A stretch of DNA of 64,000 nucleotides from a virus. The notes under the pieces were generated by a model that ran no database searches, was not told the DNA's origin, and saw nothing but the letters and a program-made list of their open reading frames with translations. The stretch lies in IMG/VR virus record IMGVR_UViG_3300006141_000001; one strand, written 5' to 3'. Of the stretch, positions 1 to 9,886 are shown one piece after another; positions within the stretch are counted from its first letter, which is position 1, and each line of letters opens with the position of its first letter. Both the position numbers and the translations under genes were made by a program.

Positions 1-2
1 CC

Positions 3-290
3 CCAACGGTAACAGATGACAGCACAAGCGATACAGTCATTGAAGTTTCTCTGGGAAAGATTGCGCCAAAAGAATATATCCTGGATGAAAACCTTGACAT
101 TGCTTTTTCTGTTGATTCAAACCGCATCGCAGAATCTGAGCTGAACAGTGTCTTGACGACAAAACCACTGGTAAGCCAGGCAAAAGTGGCCGTGTTTAAG
201 GCGAAAATTATGGAAGCAATTTCAGAGATTTTAGAACAGGCACGGAATGAAGATAATCTGTTTGAACAGGAGACAGAGACAATATTATAA
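3..290 (+). CDS. 3' end of a hypothetical phage protein (partial, starts before the window)
   Basis: Open frame from position 3 (PTVTDDSTSD...) to TAA 288-290, followed by the RBS of the next gene. Confidence 0.7.
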   Translation, partial: PTVTDDSTSDTVIEVSLGKIAPKEYILDENLDIAFSVDSNRIAESELNSVLTTKPLVSQAKVAVFKAKIMEAISEILEQARNEDNLFEQETETIL

Positions 291-302
291 GGGGGTGTAA
301 AA

Positions 303-611
303 ATGTATTCTATTTTGATAAAAGATAAGGGGAATCTATATCGGTTTCTTACTGTGAAGCAGGATGTCATGAAGGAAGAAAGCAAAGAAATCACTGACCC
401 TGATACCAAAGAAGTGAGGACTGAGACTGTATTAGTGCCAACAGGGGAGACAGAAACTGTAAGGTTTGAAGCCGAAACCAGGGATAAATTAGAAGAAAAG
501 TGTATAGAAATTTTAGGAACATATAATAAAAATCAATTCATCCCTGTAAATACAGAACCATTCGATATGGATTTAATCTGGCATTCTGAAAATCAAGGAG
601 AAAACAGCTAA
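303..611 (+). CDS. hypothetical phage protein
   Basis: 102-aa ORF with GGGGGTG RBS. Confidence 0.75.
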   Translation: MYSILIKDKGNLYRFLTVKQDVMKEESKEITDPDTKEVRTETVLVPTGETETVRFEAETRDKLEEKCIEILGTYNKNQFIPVNTEPFDMDLIWHSENQGENS

Positions 612-659
612 ATTATTGCATTTCTTATGTTTATTCTATTTCGTTTCATCTCATATTAT

Positions 660-699
660 GGAGGGCAGTGCTGCTATACTGCTCTCCCACTTCTATTTT
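660..699 (+). terminator. hairpin / probable intrinsic terminator
   Basis: GGAGGGCAGT...ACTGCTCTCC stem followed by a T-rich tract. Confidence 0.5.
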
Positions 700-1098
700 G
701 ACGTAACTATATCAGTATCTCATGAGGAAAAGAAAAAATAAAACCAGAATTTCATTTATCATGTTTTCTTATCTTCTTTCTATCTTATTATCTTATATGG
801 GGTGGTTATTCACTCTATCTGAAATACTCTCATTTATACATCCTTTCTGAAATGGGTGGCTATTTGATAGCCGCTCCATATAAGGTAATAAACATTCACA
901 CAAAGTAATCAAAACAACTATGGAAAGCAGAGATATTTTTATCTCTTTTTTTATGTTATTTTTTGACAGAGAAAATTTGGGAAAGTGAGAATAGTCCCTA
1001 TATCGTATGACAGCGAATGAGCCATATGGTGAGATGAATATGCGACAGGGAGGAAAGAAGCAAAGGTGAGACGCTTTGCAGAATAATTCGAGGTGTAT

Positions 1099-1872
1099 AT
1101 GGTTCAAAAATTTAGCAGGAAAGAATTAGAACGGTTAAATTGTTCAGAGGAAGAAATCAGTTTGGTGATGAAATATCAAAAATTATTACCCATGCCTACT
1201 GAAGATTTTGAAATGAACGCAAGGACTTTGCATGAATATTTAGGTATCGGTAAAAGGATTACTACTTAGATTAAAGGCAGAATTGATAAATATGGGTTTG
1301 TAGAAAATAAGGATTATAAAATTGAATATGTTTCAAGCACTCCCAATTCCGGGAACGCTGATTTTTCAATGCTTTCACAAGCCGAAGGAAGCTCTTTGGG
1401 AATAAAAACCGAGTATTTTTTAACAGTGAACATGTGTAAAGAGTTATGTACAATTGATAATAATGATTTGGGTAAGTTGGCAAGACGATATTTTATCCTC
1501 ATGGAAGATGTTCTAACCCGTAATAAAGAATGGCTTGCAATTCGTGATCCCGAAAAGGAAGAATACAAGAAAATGACCGCAGAAATTGATGCTTGGTGTT
1601 TCCGTGTCTGGCATCATCATGCAAGTCGCTCCGAATATGCTGTGGAGGCAAATATGCTGAATAATATTGTAACTGGAAAGACTTCACAGGAATTAAAATC
1701 TGAATACGGCGTATCTTCGTATGACTTAATCCGTGACTATCTGAAAAAAGAACATAATGAAGAACTGTTATTTTTAGAGCAACAGAATCAGGTGCTATTA
1801 CTTATGGATATGGGATTTAGGGAACGCGAAAAAATATTAACTAAAATGCATGAGGTAAAATTCAAACATTAA
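1099..1872 (+). pseudogene. AntA/AntB-type antirepressor interrupted by an in-frame amber codon at 1267-1269
   Basis: RBS GAGGTG and ATG 1099; NARTLHEYLG...TT*IKGRIDKYGFVENKDY matches the AntA N-terminal motif, with Trp expected at the stop; same frame as ORF 1369-1872 (EYFLTVNMCKELC...ARRYFI). Confidence 0.75.
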
Positions 1873-1950
1873 CGTAACCAACTTCTTTCTTTAGAGGTTG
1901 GTTTTTTACTATAAAATCAGCCTAAAAACAAAAAGAAAGAGAGGATTCAT

Positions 1951-2175
1951 ATGTTTACAACAACTGGAATTGGAGGAAGAACTACAGCTAATGTACGTGA
2001 TTTTATGCTGGATACTCCAGACGATATTAATTTGTTACCAACGCAGACAGCACTCGGGAAAAGCACAAAATATACTGTGGATAATCAGGTCTGTGGTACT
2101 GGCAGCTCCGCATTTATCATCTCTACTAGCCAACTATTTATGTTAAATTCTGAAGGAATTTGGTGCGAGGTGTAG
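1951..2175 (+). CDS. small hypothetical (probably virion-associated) protein
   Basis: 74-aa ORF with GAGGA RBS at the start of the fibre cluster. Confidence 0.7.
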   Translation: MFTTTGIGGRTTANVRDFMLDTPDDINLLPTQTALGKSTKYTVDNQVCGTGSSAFIISTSQLFMLNSEGIWCEV

Positions 2176-2190
2176 GGAGGTGAATGATAA

Positions 2191-2910
2191 ATGACAGCGT
2201 TACAGGTCTATGCAATTTTAAACAAACGTGTAAGGGGCCTTATCAGCGGCGTGAAATCTGCCGTTGTCAGCGGGACTACAATCACATTCACCATGAATGA
2301 CGGGACAAAAGTGCCAATGACGTTCCCTACGCCAAAGGACGGGAAAGACGGCGTATCCGTCATCAATATAGAAATAAAGATGGCTACAGACAGTGATAAA
2401 AAGCATCTTATTTTCACGATGTCTGATGGAAGCACAATAGACAGCGGGGAATTAGACATGTCTGGCGGCGGGCTTGTACAGAAGGACAAAAAAAGCGATT
2501 TCCCAACGGTTGGGGGAAACGAAATACTTTATCTGGCCAAAAACAATGGGGAACTGTTTTATTGGGATGGCTCAAAATATGAGGGCATAATCTCTAATTC
2601 ACCCTCACCCGCATCGGAATTAAAAACGTTGTCGCTGGATTTTGATGGCTCTAGGAACACGTTTAACTTGCCAATAGACGGTATACCGTATAATGTATTC
2701 GTAAATGGCATGTACTACACGGAAGGTTCTGATTATGCGATTGATAGGGCAGTATCCCCAAATAGGCTAATATTTAATGACATATATGACGTATATGACA
2801 CATGTACATTAACATATTTTAAATCTATCGGCTCTGTATCCAGTCCATCTGGGGGAAATGTGAATTTAGATTTTGCAACAGAGGAAGATATTGATAAGAT
2901 GTTTACTTAA
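2191..2910 (+). CDS. putative virion fibre/appendage protein
   Basis: GGAGG RBS; KDGKDGVSV...LIFTMSDG motif typical of fibre proteins. Confidence 0.6.
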   Translation: MTALQVYAILNKRVRGLISGVKSAVVSGTTITFTMNDGTKVPMTFPTPKDGKDGVSVINIEIKMATDSDKKHLIFTMSDGSTIDSGELDMSGGGLVQKDKKSDFPTVGGNEILYLAKNNGELFYWDGSKYEGIISNSPSPASELKTLSLDFDGSRNTFNLPIDGIPYNVFVNGMYYTEGSDYAIDRAVSPNRLIFNDIYDVYDTCTLTYFKSIGSVSSPSGGNVNLDFATEEDIDKMFT

Positions 2911-2921
2911 AGGGGGAATGT

Positions 2922-3737
2922 ATGGCTACAAAAATTAGTTTAAAGCAATTAGGTAGTGATGTATTGGCTTTGATGAGTGGTGGCAAAAACACATCACTTG
3001 AAAAAGAAATAATCTCTAATACAGGATGCGGTGCAGCGCCTAGCGGATCAATCTTCCCCCAAGGGCAGACATTCACACAATTTGCGGAAAAAATATTAAG
3101 GAAAGATATTACACCAACTATCTCGACTGCGTTTAGTGGAACTGGCATAAAAGAAATAGGGACATCTGTTAATGGCGTAACAATGGTCTTGAAAATAACA
3201 AATTTAAACGCTGTTACAGTCCCGATAGATGAGGTTAGGTTTTATGTAAATAATGCATTAGTGGATTCGCAGGTATTTGTGGATGGAAAATCTGACTACA
3301 AATATGCGTACGGTGATCCAATTTCTGTAAATACGTCTGTAAAGGCAGAATTATTGTACCAAACTAACCAAAAGATATCTGGATCAGGGAATTTTTCCTT
3401 TGTATATGCTTCGTATTACGGTACTACTGCCCTATCTGGAATATCTGATGTAGATGCCACGTCATTGGCCACATCTTTTTCTAAGAGCATTAAGTCTACA
3501 AAATCATTGGCATGGGAAAATATTACACTTGCAGATGAGAGGTTCTGCTATATGTACCCTACATCATTTGGCACATTATCAAGCATAAAAGACGGGAACG
3601 GATTTAGCCAGATAGATGGGTATATCGTATCAACTGTCAATCTGACAAGCCCTGTCAATGGAAATATTGTCCCATATTTTGTATATTTACTGAAAGATTC
3701 AGCAACAGGCACTGGATTTAAGCAGATATATAGTTAG
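2922..3737 (+). CDS. putative virion structural protein (beta-rich)
   Basis: 271 aa, Ser/Thr-rich, tightly packed in the operon. Confidence 0.55.
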   Translation: MATKISLKQLGSDVLALMSGGKNTSLEKEIISNTGCGAAPSGSIFPQGQTFTQFAEKILRKDITPTISTAFSGTGIKEIGTSVNGVTMVLKITNLNAVTVPIDEVRFYVNNALVDSQVFVDGKSDYKYAYGDPISVNTSVKAELLYQTNQKISGSGNFSFVYASYYGTTALSGISDVDATSLATSFSKSIKSTKSLAWENITLADERFCYMYPTSFGTLSSIKDGNGFSQIDGYIVSTVNLTSPVNGNIVPYFVYLLKDSATGTGFKQIYS

Positions 3738-3751
3738 GAGGGAGTTTAAAA

Positions 3752-6700
3752 ATGGGAATATTATTAGCTGATAATTTTACTTACAAAGCAAAAAAACCAA
3801 TAGACTCCCGTATAGTCTGCGATACAGTTGCTGATATGGTAAGCTTAGCTGAATCAACAATATACGAAGGGATATTGGTATATAATAAAGAAACTGAGAA
3901 ATTTTATGTATTCAAATCAAATAATGTTGCTGCTCCTGTTCTTGGGAAATGGGAAGAATTTAATTCCAGCTCTTCTCCCACTTATGATACGCATAGTGTT
4001 GAATATAAGCATGGGACTCAATATAAAAAAGGAAATTTAGTTGTTTTAGACGGAAGGTTATATATCGCACTGGCTGATTTCATATCCGATGTATCTGGAA
4101 GTACGTTAGAAGACAGCTTGGCAGGCGATATTGGGAATGGCAACTTAACAAGCGTTTATGTGGATACAGATACGAATTGCAAAGAATATAAGCAGAATTA
4201 TGCGTATACAGAAACAGATTTAGTCCGGTATGACAATAACCTATATTTTGTTAACGCAGGTTTTATTTCTGACGCAACTGAGGCAAATTCCGATGACGCA
4301 TTTAATGCGGACATCCAAGCAGGACATTTAATTCCCGTAGATGGGGATGGCGGGAATGCACAGGTGCTGGAATATGCACAGAATACAGGGTTTAAGAAAA
4401 ACAGCCTGGTATACCTAGGAAAATCAATGGCAAGGGCAGAGAATGATTTTACTTCTGATAATACAAAACCTACTATTCAGGAGTCCTTTGACTTAGATTT
4501 AAATTCTGGGAATTTATCGTTCATCAGCACTGGGGAAACCGCCGTAGTAGCATATTCGTCAGAAACGGATTATAAAGAGAATACTTTGGTATACTTAAAT
4601 GACAAAATTGCGCGTGTCGAGCATGATTTTAAGTCAAGCGACATTTCTAATCTGGTTATGGAATGTTTTGAGGATGACATAAAAAATAACCGTATCAACT
4701 TAATTAACACAGACCATGTTGATATCATGAATGAATATTCTTATGGGAATATGTACTTTAAAGACACCCTTGTATACCATGGTAATTTAATTGCCAGGGT
4801 TCTAAAAGATTTTATTTCAGATGTCACAGTTGGGAATACATTAAATGACAGTTTTGACTCTGATATAACTTCTGGGAACATTTTAATACTGAATAAAGAG
4901 GCAGAACCAGGTATCAAGCCATATAAGCAGAATACATTTTTTGTGAAAGATAAGTTGGTATTCGCAGATGGACGGATTGCCTGTGTTTTAAATGATTATA
5001 TTTCTGATAATACTGCAACTACCATTGAGGAATCTATTAATATTGACATTGCAAATGGCAATTTGAGGGAAATGAGGGAGAATTATAAATTTAAGCTTTA
5101 TAAGACTTCCAAGGATATGGACAAAGCGATTGATGCCATAAATATTATCCCTATAAATACGATAACATTTGAAAATGGCGAAAACGCCCAGAATATGCGG
5201 ATCAATGAAGGGGTATATGGCCCTCTTGGGACGCTTGCGTTGATAAAGGAAATCGACGCAAACTTAGGGATAATTAAGGCAAAGACTGTAAACAGCAGGG
5301 AAATGGAATTTATGCCGCCAGCTCCAAATACCTATGAATATGCTGTAATTTTGCAGGGTACTGGGTATTCCGTTGGTGAAACTGTGCCAACATCCCTGCC
5401 TAATGTAAATGCTAAGGTTGTATCTGTAGACACTAGTGGCGGAATAACCGGGGTGTCATATACAGGGGATACCATTACAAATGCAAATGGCACAGGTGCT
5501 TCTGTTGATGCAGAAATAATTTTTCATGTAGGCAATGGAAAGCAATGGTATGAACTGCCACAGAATAAGAAAAACGCCGTCATTAAAGAATATGTGCAGG
5601 GTGAATCTTATGAAAAAGACAATCTGATATATTTGGATGACATATTAGCAAGGGCACTGCAGGACTTTATTTCTGACAGTTCATTGCCAAATACGGAAGA
5701 CAGTTTTAATTTTGATAAAGATAGTGGGAACATTACAAGGATGACACGCGAGGATGTCAACGTGCCTGAATGCTTGGGTTCTGTTAAGACTGATTCTGTT
5801 GCAGATTTGCCACCTATTGCTATTAAAGGAAATTGGGTTCTCATAGAAGATTGTGTAAGTTCAGCACCTGGGCAAGCTGGGATCGGGTTATATAATGGAA
5901 CAACATGGGATATTAGTCCCATCCCCCAAGGTACTTTTACATTCCCAGAGCCTAATAGTGACGGGAAGCTTTATTTTAGGAAAGTTGATATTGGGAATAC
6001 GAATGGGCAATGGGAAATGTTTTCTTCTGTTGATGGGAACGAAATTGATATTATAGTCAAAACTAAAAACGATTTGACCGACAACACTTATGTCCCAAAG
6101 AAGAATGAACTCATCTGGGATTCTAACCGTGAAATATTGGTGATTGGTGACGGTTCTACATCATTAGGAGGACTTAAGGAATTTTACGGGCAGGGCGTAA
6201 CTTCTGCTGATATACTTGCGGCAATTGGGTACGCACCAGAGGATTCTGCCAGTAAAGGGCAGGCAAATGGGTATGCGCCACTTGACGCAAATGGTAAAGT
6301 CCCAGCAGGAAACCTGCCAGACTCTTTGACTGATACATATTCAAAAACAGAGATAGACAGTAAAGACACTGCCATCACAACAGCTGTTGCAGGATTAGTT
6401 AATACTGAGGCTACAAGAGCTAAGGGGATTGAAAGCACCCTGAGATCTGACCTGGACGCACATGTTTCAGATACTGTAAAGCATGTCACGCAACCTGACC
6501 GGGACAGATGGGATGCAAAAGTGGAGGATAGCGATTTAACACTATATGATAACCATATAACAGATACTGTAATACATGTAACCCAATCTGATAAGGATAA
6601 ATGGGATGGCATGAACAAGGCATATTACGTCACAAGTATTTCTGACCTCCCTTCAACAGGAAACCAAATTGGCAATATAGGATACGTCCAAGTCAGTGCG

Positions 6701-7450
6701 CCTGGTGTCACGCCTGTAGTGTGTGACCAGTATCTATGGGATGGTACAAAATGGAACCAGTTAGACTCAAGCAAAGTGTCATTACAGTTTAATTGGGGAA
6801 GCCTGCAAGGCAAGCCTGCTTCTACCCCGCTTTCCATAGATAATGCTGTTACTGTGGCACATTCCCACACCAATAAAACTGTATTAGATAAGATTGGGCA
6901 GTCCGCATCCGGGAATTTTACATATGACGGCGTTGAGATTGGAGTAAAAGTTATATTTTTAACAAATGAGAACTTGCTTCCTACTACCGGTGAAGAAGAT
7001 ACACTATATGTAATATATGAGGATTCCAGGGTAAGGAACTACCCTTCTATTTCTGTATGGAGGGGCGGATCATATCAAATTTTAGGCCGCGGCACACAGG
7101 ATGCCCCACCAGTCGTTGGGGATATGAGTATCCTGCAGTCTGAATATTTCTCTGTGGTAAAAGGGAGTAAATATAATATTACGGTTTCACCAAATCAATA
7201 TTTTGCATTTATGCCCGTGGAAATTTTAAAGGAAATCGAAGGACTTAAAGACCAACAGAAAGAAATTATTACTGTCAGTGATCCGTCCATGTTTTCTTAT
7301 AATGAGGATTTGCTGGACATTTCTGAGTCTACCAAATTAACGATATCAATAAAAGAAAAGGAAACCATATTAGATACTGTATCGAACTTCTATTTTTCAC
7401 ATATAGACATAAATTTAGATAACTACAAAGACATAGACAATATAGGCTAG
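3752..7450 (+). CDS. large fibre/appendage protein with internal repeats
   Basis: 1232 aa; about 7 repeats of the form EY..Y.K.LVY....ARV..DF.SD; C-terminal H..D...HVT..D...WD coiled repeats and a KGQANGYAPLDANGKVP fibre motif. Confidence 0.65.
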   Translation: MGILLADNFTYKAKKPIDSRIVCDTVADMVSLAESTIYEGILVYNKETEKFYVFKSNNVAAPVLGKWEEFNSSSSPTYDTHSVEYKHGTQYKKGNLVVLDGRLYIALADFISDVSGSTLEDSLAGDIGNGNLTSVYVDTDTNCKEYKQNYAYTETDLVRYDNNLYFVNAGFISDATEANSDDAFNADIQAGHLIPVDGDGGNAQVLEYAQNTGFKKNSLVYLGKSMARAENDFTSDNTKPTIQESFDLDLNSGNLSFISTGETAVVAYSSETDYKENTLVYLNDKIARVEHDFKSSDISNLVMECFEDDIKNNRINLINTDHVDIMNEYSYGNMYFKDTLVYHGNLIARVLKDFISDVTVGNTLNDSFDSDITSGNILILNKEAEPGIKPYKQNTFFVKDKLVFADGRIACVLNDYISDNTATTIEESINIDIANGNLREMRENYKFKLYKTSKDMDKAIDAINIIPINTITFENGENAQNMRINEGVYGPLGTLALIKEIDANLGIIKAKTVNSREMEFMPPAPNTYEYAVILQGTGYSVGETVPTSLPNVNAKVVSVDTSGGITGVSYTGDTITNANGTGASVDAEIIFHVGNGKQWYELPQNKKNAVIKEYVQGESYEKDNLIYLDDILARALQDFISDSSLPNTEDSFNFDKDSGNITRMTREDVNVPECLGSVKTDSVADLPPIAIKGNWVLIEDCVSSAPGQAGIGLYNGTTWDISPIPQGTFTFPEPNSDGKLYFRKVDIGNTNGQWEMFSSVDGNEIDIIVKTKNDLTDNTYVPKKNELIWDSNREILVIGDGSTSLGGLKEFYGQGVTSADILAAIGYAPEDSASKGQANGYAPLDANGKVPAGNLPDSLTDTYSKTEIDSKDTAITTAVAGLVNTEATRAKGIESTLRSDLDAHVSDTVKHVTQPDRDRWDAKVEDSDLTLYDNHITDTVIHVTQSDKDKWDGMNKAYYVTSISDLPSTGNQIGNIGYVQVSAPGVTPVVCDQYLWDGTKWNQLDSSKVSLQFNWGSLQGKPASTPLSIDNAVTVAHSHTNKTVLDKIGQSASGNFTYDGVEIGVKVIFLTNENLLPTTGEEDTLYVIYEDSRVRNYPSISVWRGGSYQILGRGTQDAPPVVGDMSILQSEYFSVVKGSKYNITVSPNQYFAFMPVEILKEIEGLKDQQKEIITVSDPSMFSYNEDLLDISESTKLTISIKEKETILDTVSNFYFSHIDINLDNYKDIDNIG

Positions 7451-7462
7451 GAAGGAGAAAAA

Positions 7463-9190
7463 ATGGGAAAGATTTTACAGTTTAAATCCTGTGCTGTTGG
7501 CGGGGAATTTAATGGCCTTGGTACAGTGACCCCTTCCAGCTATGGATATATAAATGTGCAGACCCCTGCAAATATAGTCAGCCATATAAGCGCCTGTTAT
7601 GCTAATGATCCTAATTTGGCTGGTAAAGTAACTGGCATAGGCTATGGATGGCAGAAATATATAGTGCCTTCTTCTGGAAAGGTAAAATTCACGGTAAGGG
7701 GGGCTGCTGGCGGATCGACTGGAAAATCAGGCTATTCAATAAACCCTATAACAGGGGCTGTGTCTGGAAGCGGAAACAGGCCTGGCCGTGGGGCAAAAAT
7801 TGTTGGAATATCAAAGCTAAATAAGAATGATATTTTATATATCCTTGTTGGTATGCGCGGCTGGTGCAACAATGGCAATGACTGGGGTTCTGGAGGCGGA
7901 GGTGCTTCTGTTGTCTTAAAAGACAATCCATCAGGAACCTATACATTGGCCCCGCTTAACAGAAAAGTGGAGGTATTGTTTGTTGCAGGCGGTGGCGGCG
8001 GATGTTTTGATTCATCTTTCGGAACTGCTTATTATGGCGGTGATGCTGTTGTGACAAATGGAACTAACACAAACGGAGGGTCTGCATCTGGCGGATCTGG
8101 TGGGGCAGGATTGACTGGGAATGGCGCAAAAGGAAATGGCCCCAGTGCAGCATATAGCCTGCTTTCTGGTTCAGCCCAGTCAAGCTCTATATATGCCATC
8201 CATTATGGGGGATGGGGCGGCGGCGGATGCTCATACGATGGGGGCGGTGGCGGCGCTGGCTATTCTGGAGGCAATGCCTGGGGCAATAACAAAGGAGGCG
8301 CAGGCGGAACTTCTTACATAAACCCAAATCTTTGCGAAGAAATTTCACGGGGATATGCTACCGTTGAAGCTGATTCAGGACGTAACTTAACCAACCCATG
8401 GGCTGCATATGGCTTCGTTGAATTAGAATTAGGCCGTGACGAAGGGAAATACATTATAGCAAAAGATGCGGAAGGATATAAATATTTTGATGGGGCTGAG
8501 TGTATTGACGGCACAATAAATACGTCATTTACAAATCAATGGCAGTTAATTGGGTCGCAATCCACTCCTGATGAGGACACATATGCAGAATATGGGAATA
8601 CAATCATCAATAACCGTACAGGACTTTTAGACGATGCACGTTTTCTTGTCATGTCAAAAAACCCAAAAGAAACCATCAATATTTCTGGGCATGTTAATGG
8701 CGCATTGGTTGAGCAGACACAGGATGTAAGCATTTCAGATATTTCCCTGATAAAAAGCATCACGTCAACGCATAATGTCGATAACTTAGACGTGAGGTTC
8801 GCCATGTCAAAAGACAATGGGAAGACATGGCAAACTTATAATTCTGGAAGCTGGGATAACATTGACATACATAACAAACAGGAATTTATGAATAATGGAT
8901 GGAGCCTCGCCCAATTCTCTACAATTCCATTGGAAGACTGGAATAGCTATAAAGCTAAAACAATACGCTTTGCGGCATGTGTTACGCAGAATGGGGCAAA
9001 CGGGAAGACTGTCCTGGATAATATAAGGGAAATAGCAGACCTTGTGGGGTCGTGGAGGCATTTTAAAGAATCTGAGGCCACATATGAATATATATCTGAT
9101 ACGGAACTTAGGGTCACATTCTTAGAGGGGGGAAATTACAAAGTAAATTATTTGGACTCATTAAATCCATCCATAACCCCTGCATCTTAA
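7463..9190 (+). CDS. glycine-rich virion protein (polyglycine domain)
   Basis: GAAGG..GRGA..GSGGGGAS..VAGGGGG..GGGGAGYSGG..GGTSYI pattern of glycine-rich (ALK/LTK-like) phage fibre domains. Confidence 0.65.
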   Translation: MGKILQFKSCAVGGEFNGLGTVTPSSYGYINVQTPANIVSHISACYANDPNLAGKVTGIGYGWQKYIVPSSGKVKFTVRGAAGGSTGKSGYSINPITGAVSGSGNRPGRGAKIVGISKLNKNDILYILVGMRGWCNNGNDWGSGGGGASVVLKDNPSGTYTLAPLNRKVEVLFVAGGGGGCFDSSFGTAYYGGDAVVTNGTNTNGGSASGGSGGAGLTGNGAKGNGPSAAYSLLSGSAQSSSIYAIHYGGWGGGGCSYDGGGGGAGYSGGNAWGNNKGGAGGTSYINPNLCEEISRGYATVEADSGRNLTNPWAAYGFVELELGRDEGKYIIAKDAEGYKYFDGAECIDGTINTSFTNQWQLIGSQSTPDEDTYAEYGNTIINNRTGLLDDARFLVMSKNPKETINISGHVNGALVEQTQDVSISDISLIKSITSTHNVDNLDVRFAMSKDNGKTWQTYNSGSWDNIDIHNKQEFMNNGWSLAQFSTIPLEDWNSYKAKTIRFAACVTQNGANGKTVLDNIREIADLVGSWRHFKESEATYEYISDTELRVTFLEGGNYKVNYLDSLNPSITPAS

Positions 9191-9199
9191 TTATTTTAA

Positions 9200-9226
9200 G
9201 CACCTTAGATAAAATCTAGGGTGCTA
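9200..9226 (+). terminator. hairpin after the glycine-rich gene
   Basis: AGCACCTTAGAT AAA ATCTAGGGTGCT inverted repeat; weak U-tract. Confidence 0.4.
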
Positions 9227-9250
9227 TATTATCATATGGGGAGGAATCAG

Positions 9251-9865
9251 ATGGACGAAAATAAAAAAGCAATAGACCTGGAATTGATGAGTTATTATGA
9301 TACAAAAGTAAAATTCTGGGCATTGAATGAAATAGAAAAAAACACAGAAGAAGTTACTGAATTAGTTAAAAACTGTAACATCTGGGAACTGAATGAGGGG
9401 AATTATGTGGCAAAATCAGCATTAAAATGTTCATTAGATGTAGATAATTATATAATGCTTGGCGGCTTGAATACTAAGGCGAAAGTGACCAGGAAAGATA
9501 ATTATAATTATTACATGGTATTAGATGAAAAAGATTCTGGTTCCCTTATATTAGCGTTTGGCTTTGTGGAATGCGCTACTGGCGTAGGCCAACGTACAAT
9601 ATTTGATTTTGGGAATATCTTATCTGATATTACAATATTAAAAAATGATGTTGTGATTAAATCAGGATCCATAACATCTTATGAACTTGCGGATAATTCT
9701 ATCATTACTGAGAAAATCGATGATAAAGCTGTCACGCTAGATAAACTGGCAGATAATGTTGTAAATACATTTGATATAAAAGGCTCAGCAGATGCTGCGG
9801 CAAACACGGCATTGGTATCTGCAAAAGAGTATGCTGACGATAAGTTTTCTTGGGGAAGTTTTTAG
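9251..9865 (+). CDS. fibre-associated hypothetical protein
   Basis: GGAGG RBS before ATG 9251; SITSYELADNSIITEKIDDKAVTLDKLA fibre-type repeats. Confidence 0.6.
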   Translation: MDENKKAIDLELMSYYDTKVKFWALNEIEKNTEEVTELVKNCNIWELNEGNYVAKSALKCSLDVDNYIMLGGLNTKAKVTRKDNYNYYMVLDEKDSGSLILAFGFVECATGVGQRTIFDFGNILSDITILKNDVVIKSGSITSYELADNSIITEKIDDKAVTLDKLADNVVNTFDIKGSADAAANTALVSAKEYADDKFSWGSF

Positions 9866-9886
9866 AGAAAGGGGGTTTAGTGAAAC

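Noticed and set aside
1267-1269. Genome-wide amber recoding
   Set aside because: Many genes end at TAG immediately before the next RBS (2175, 3737, 7450, 9865)
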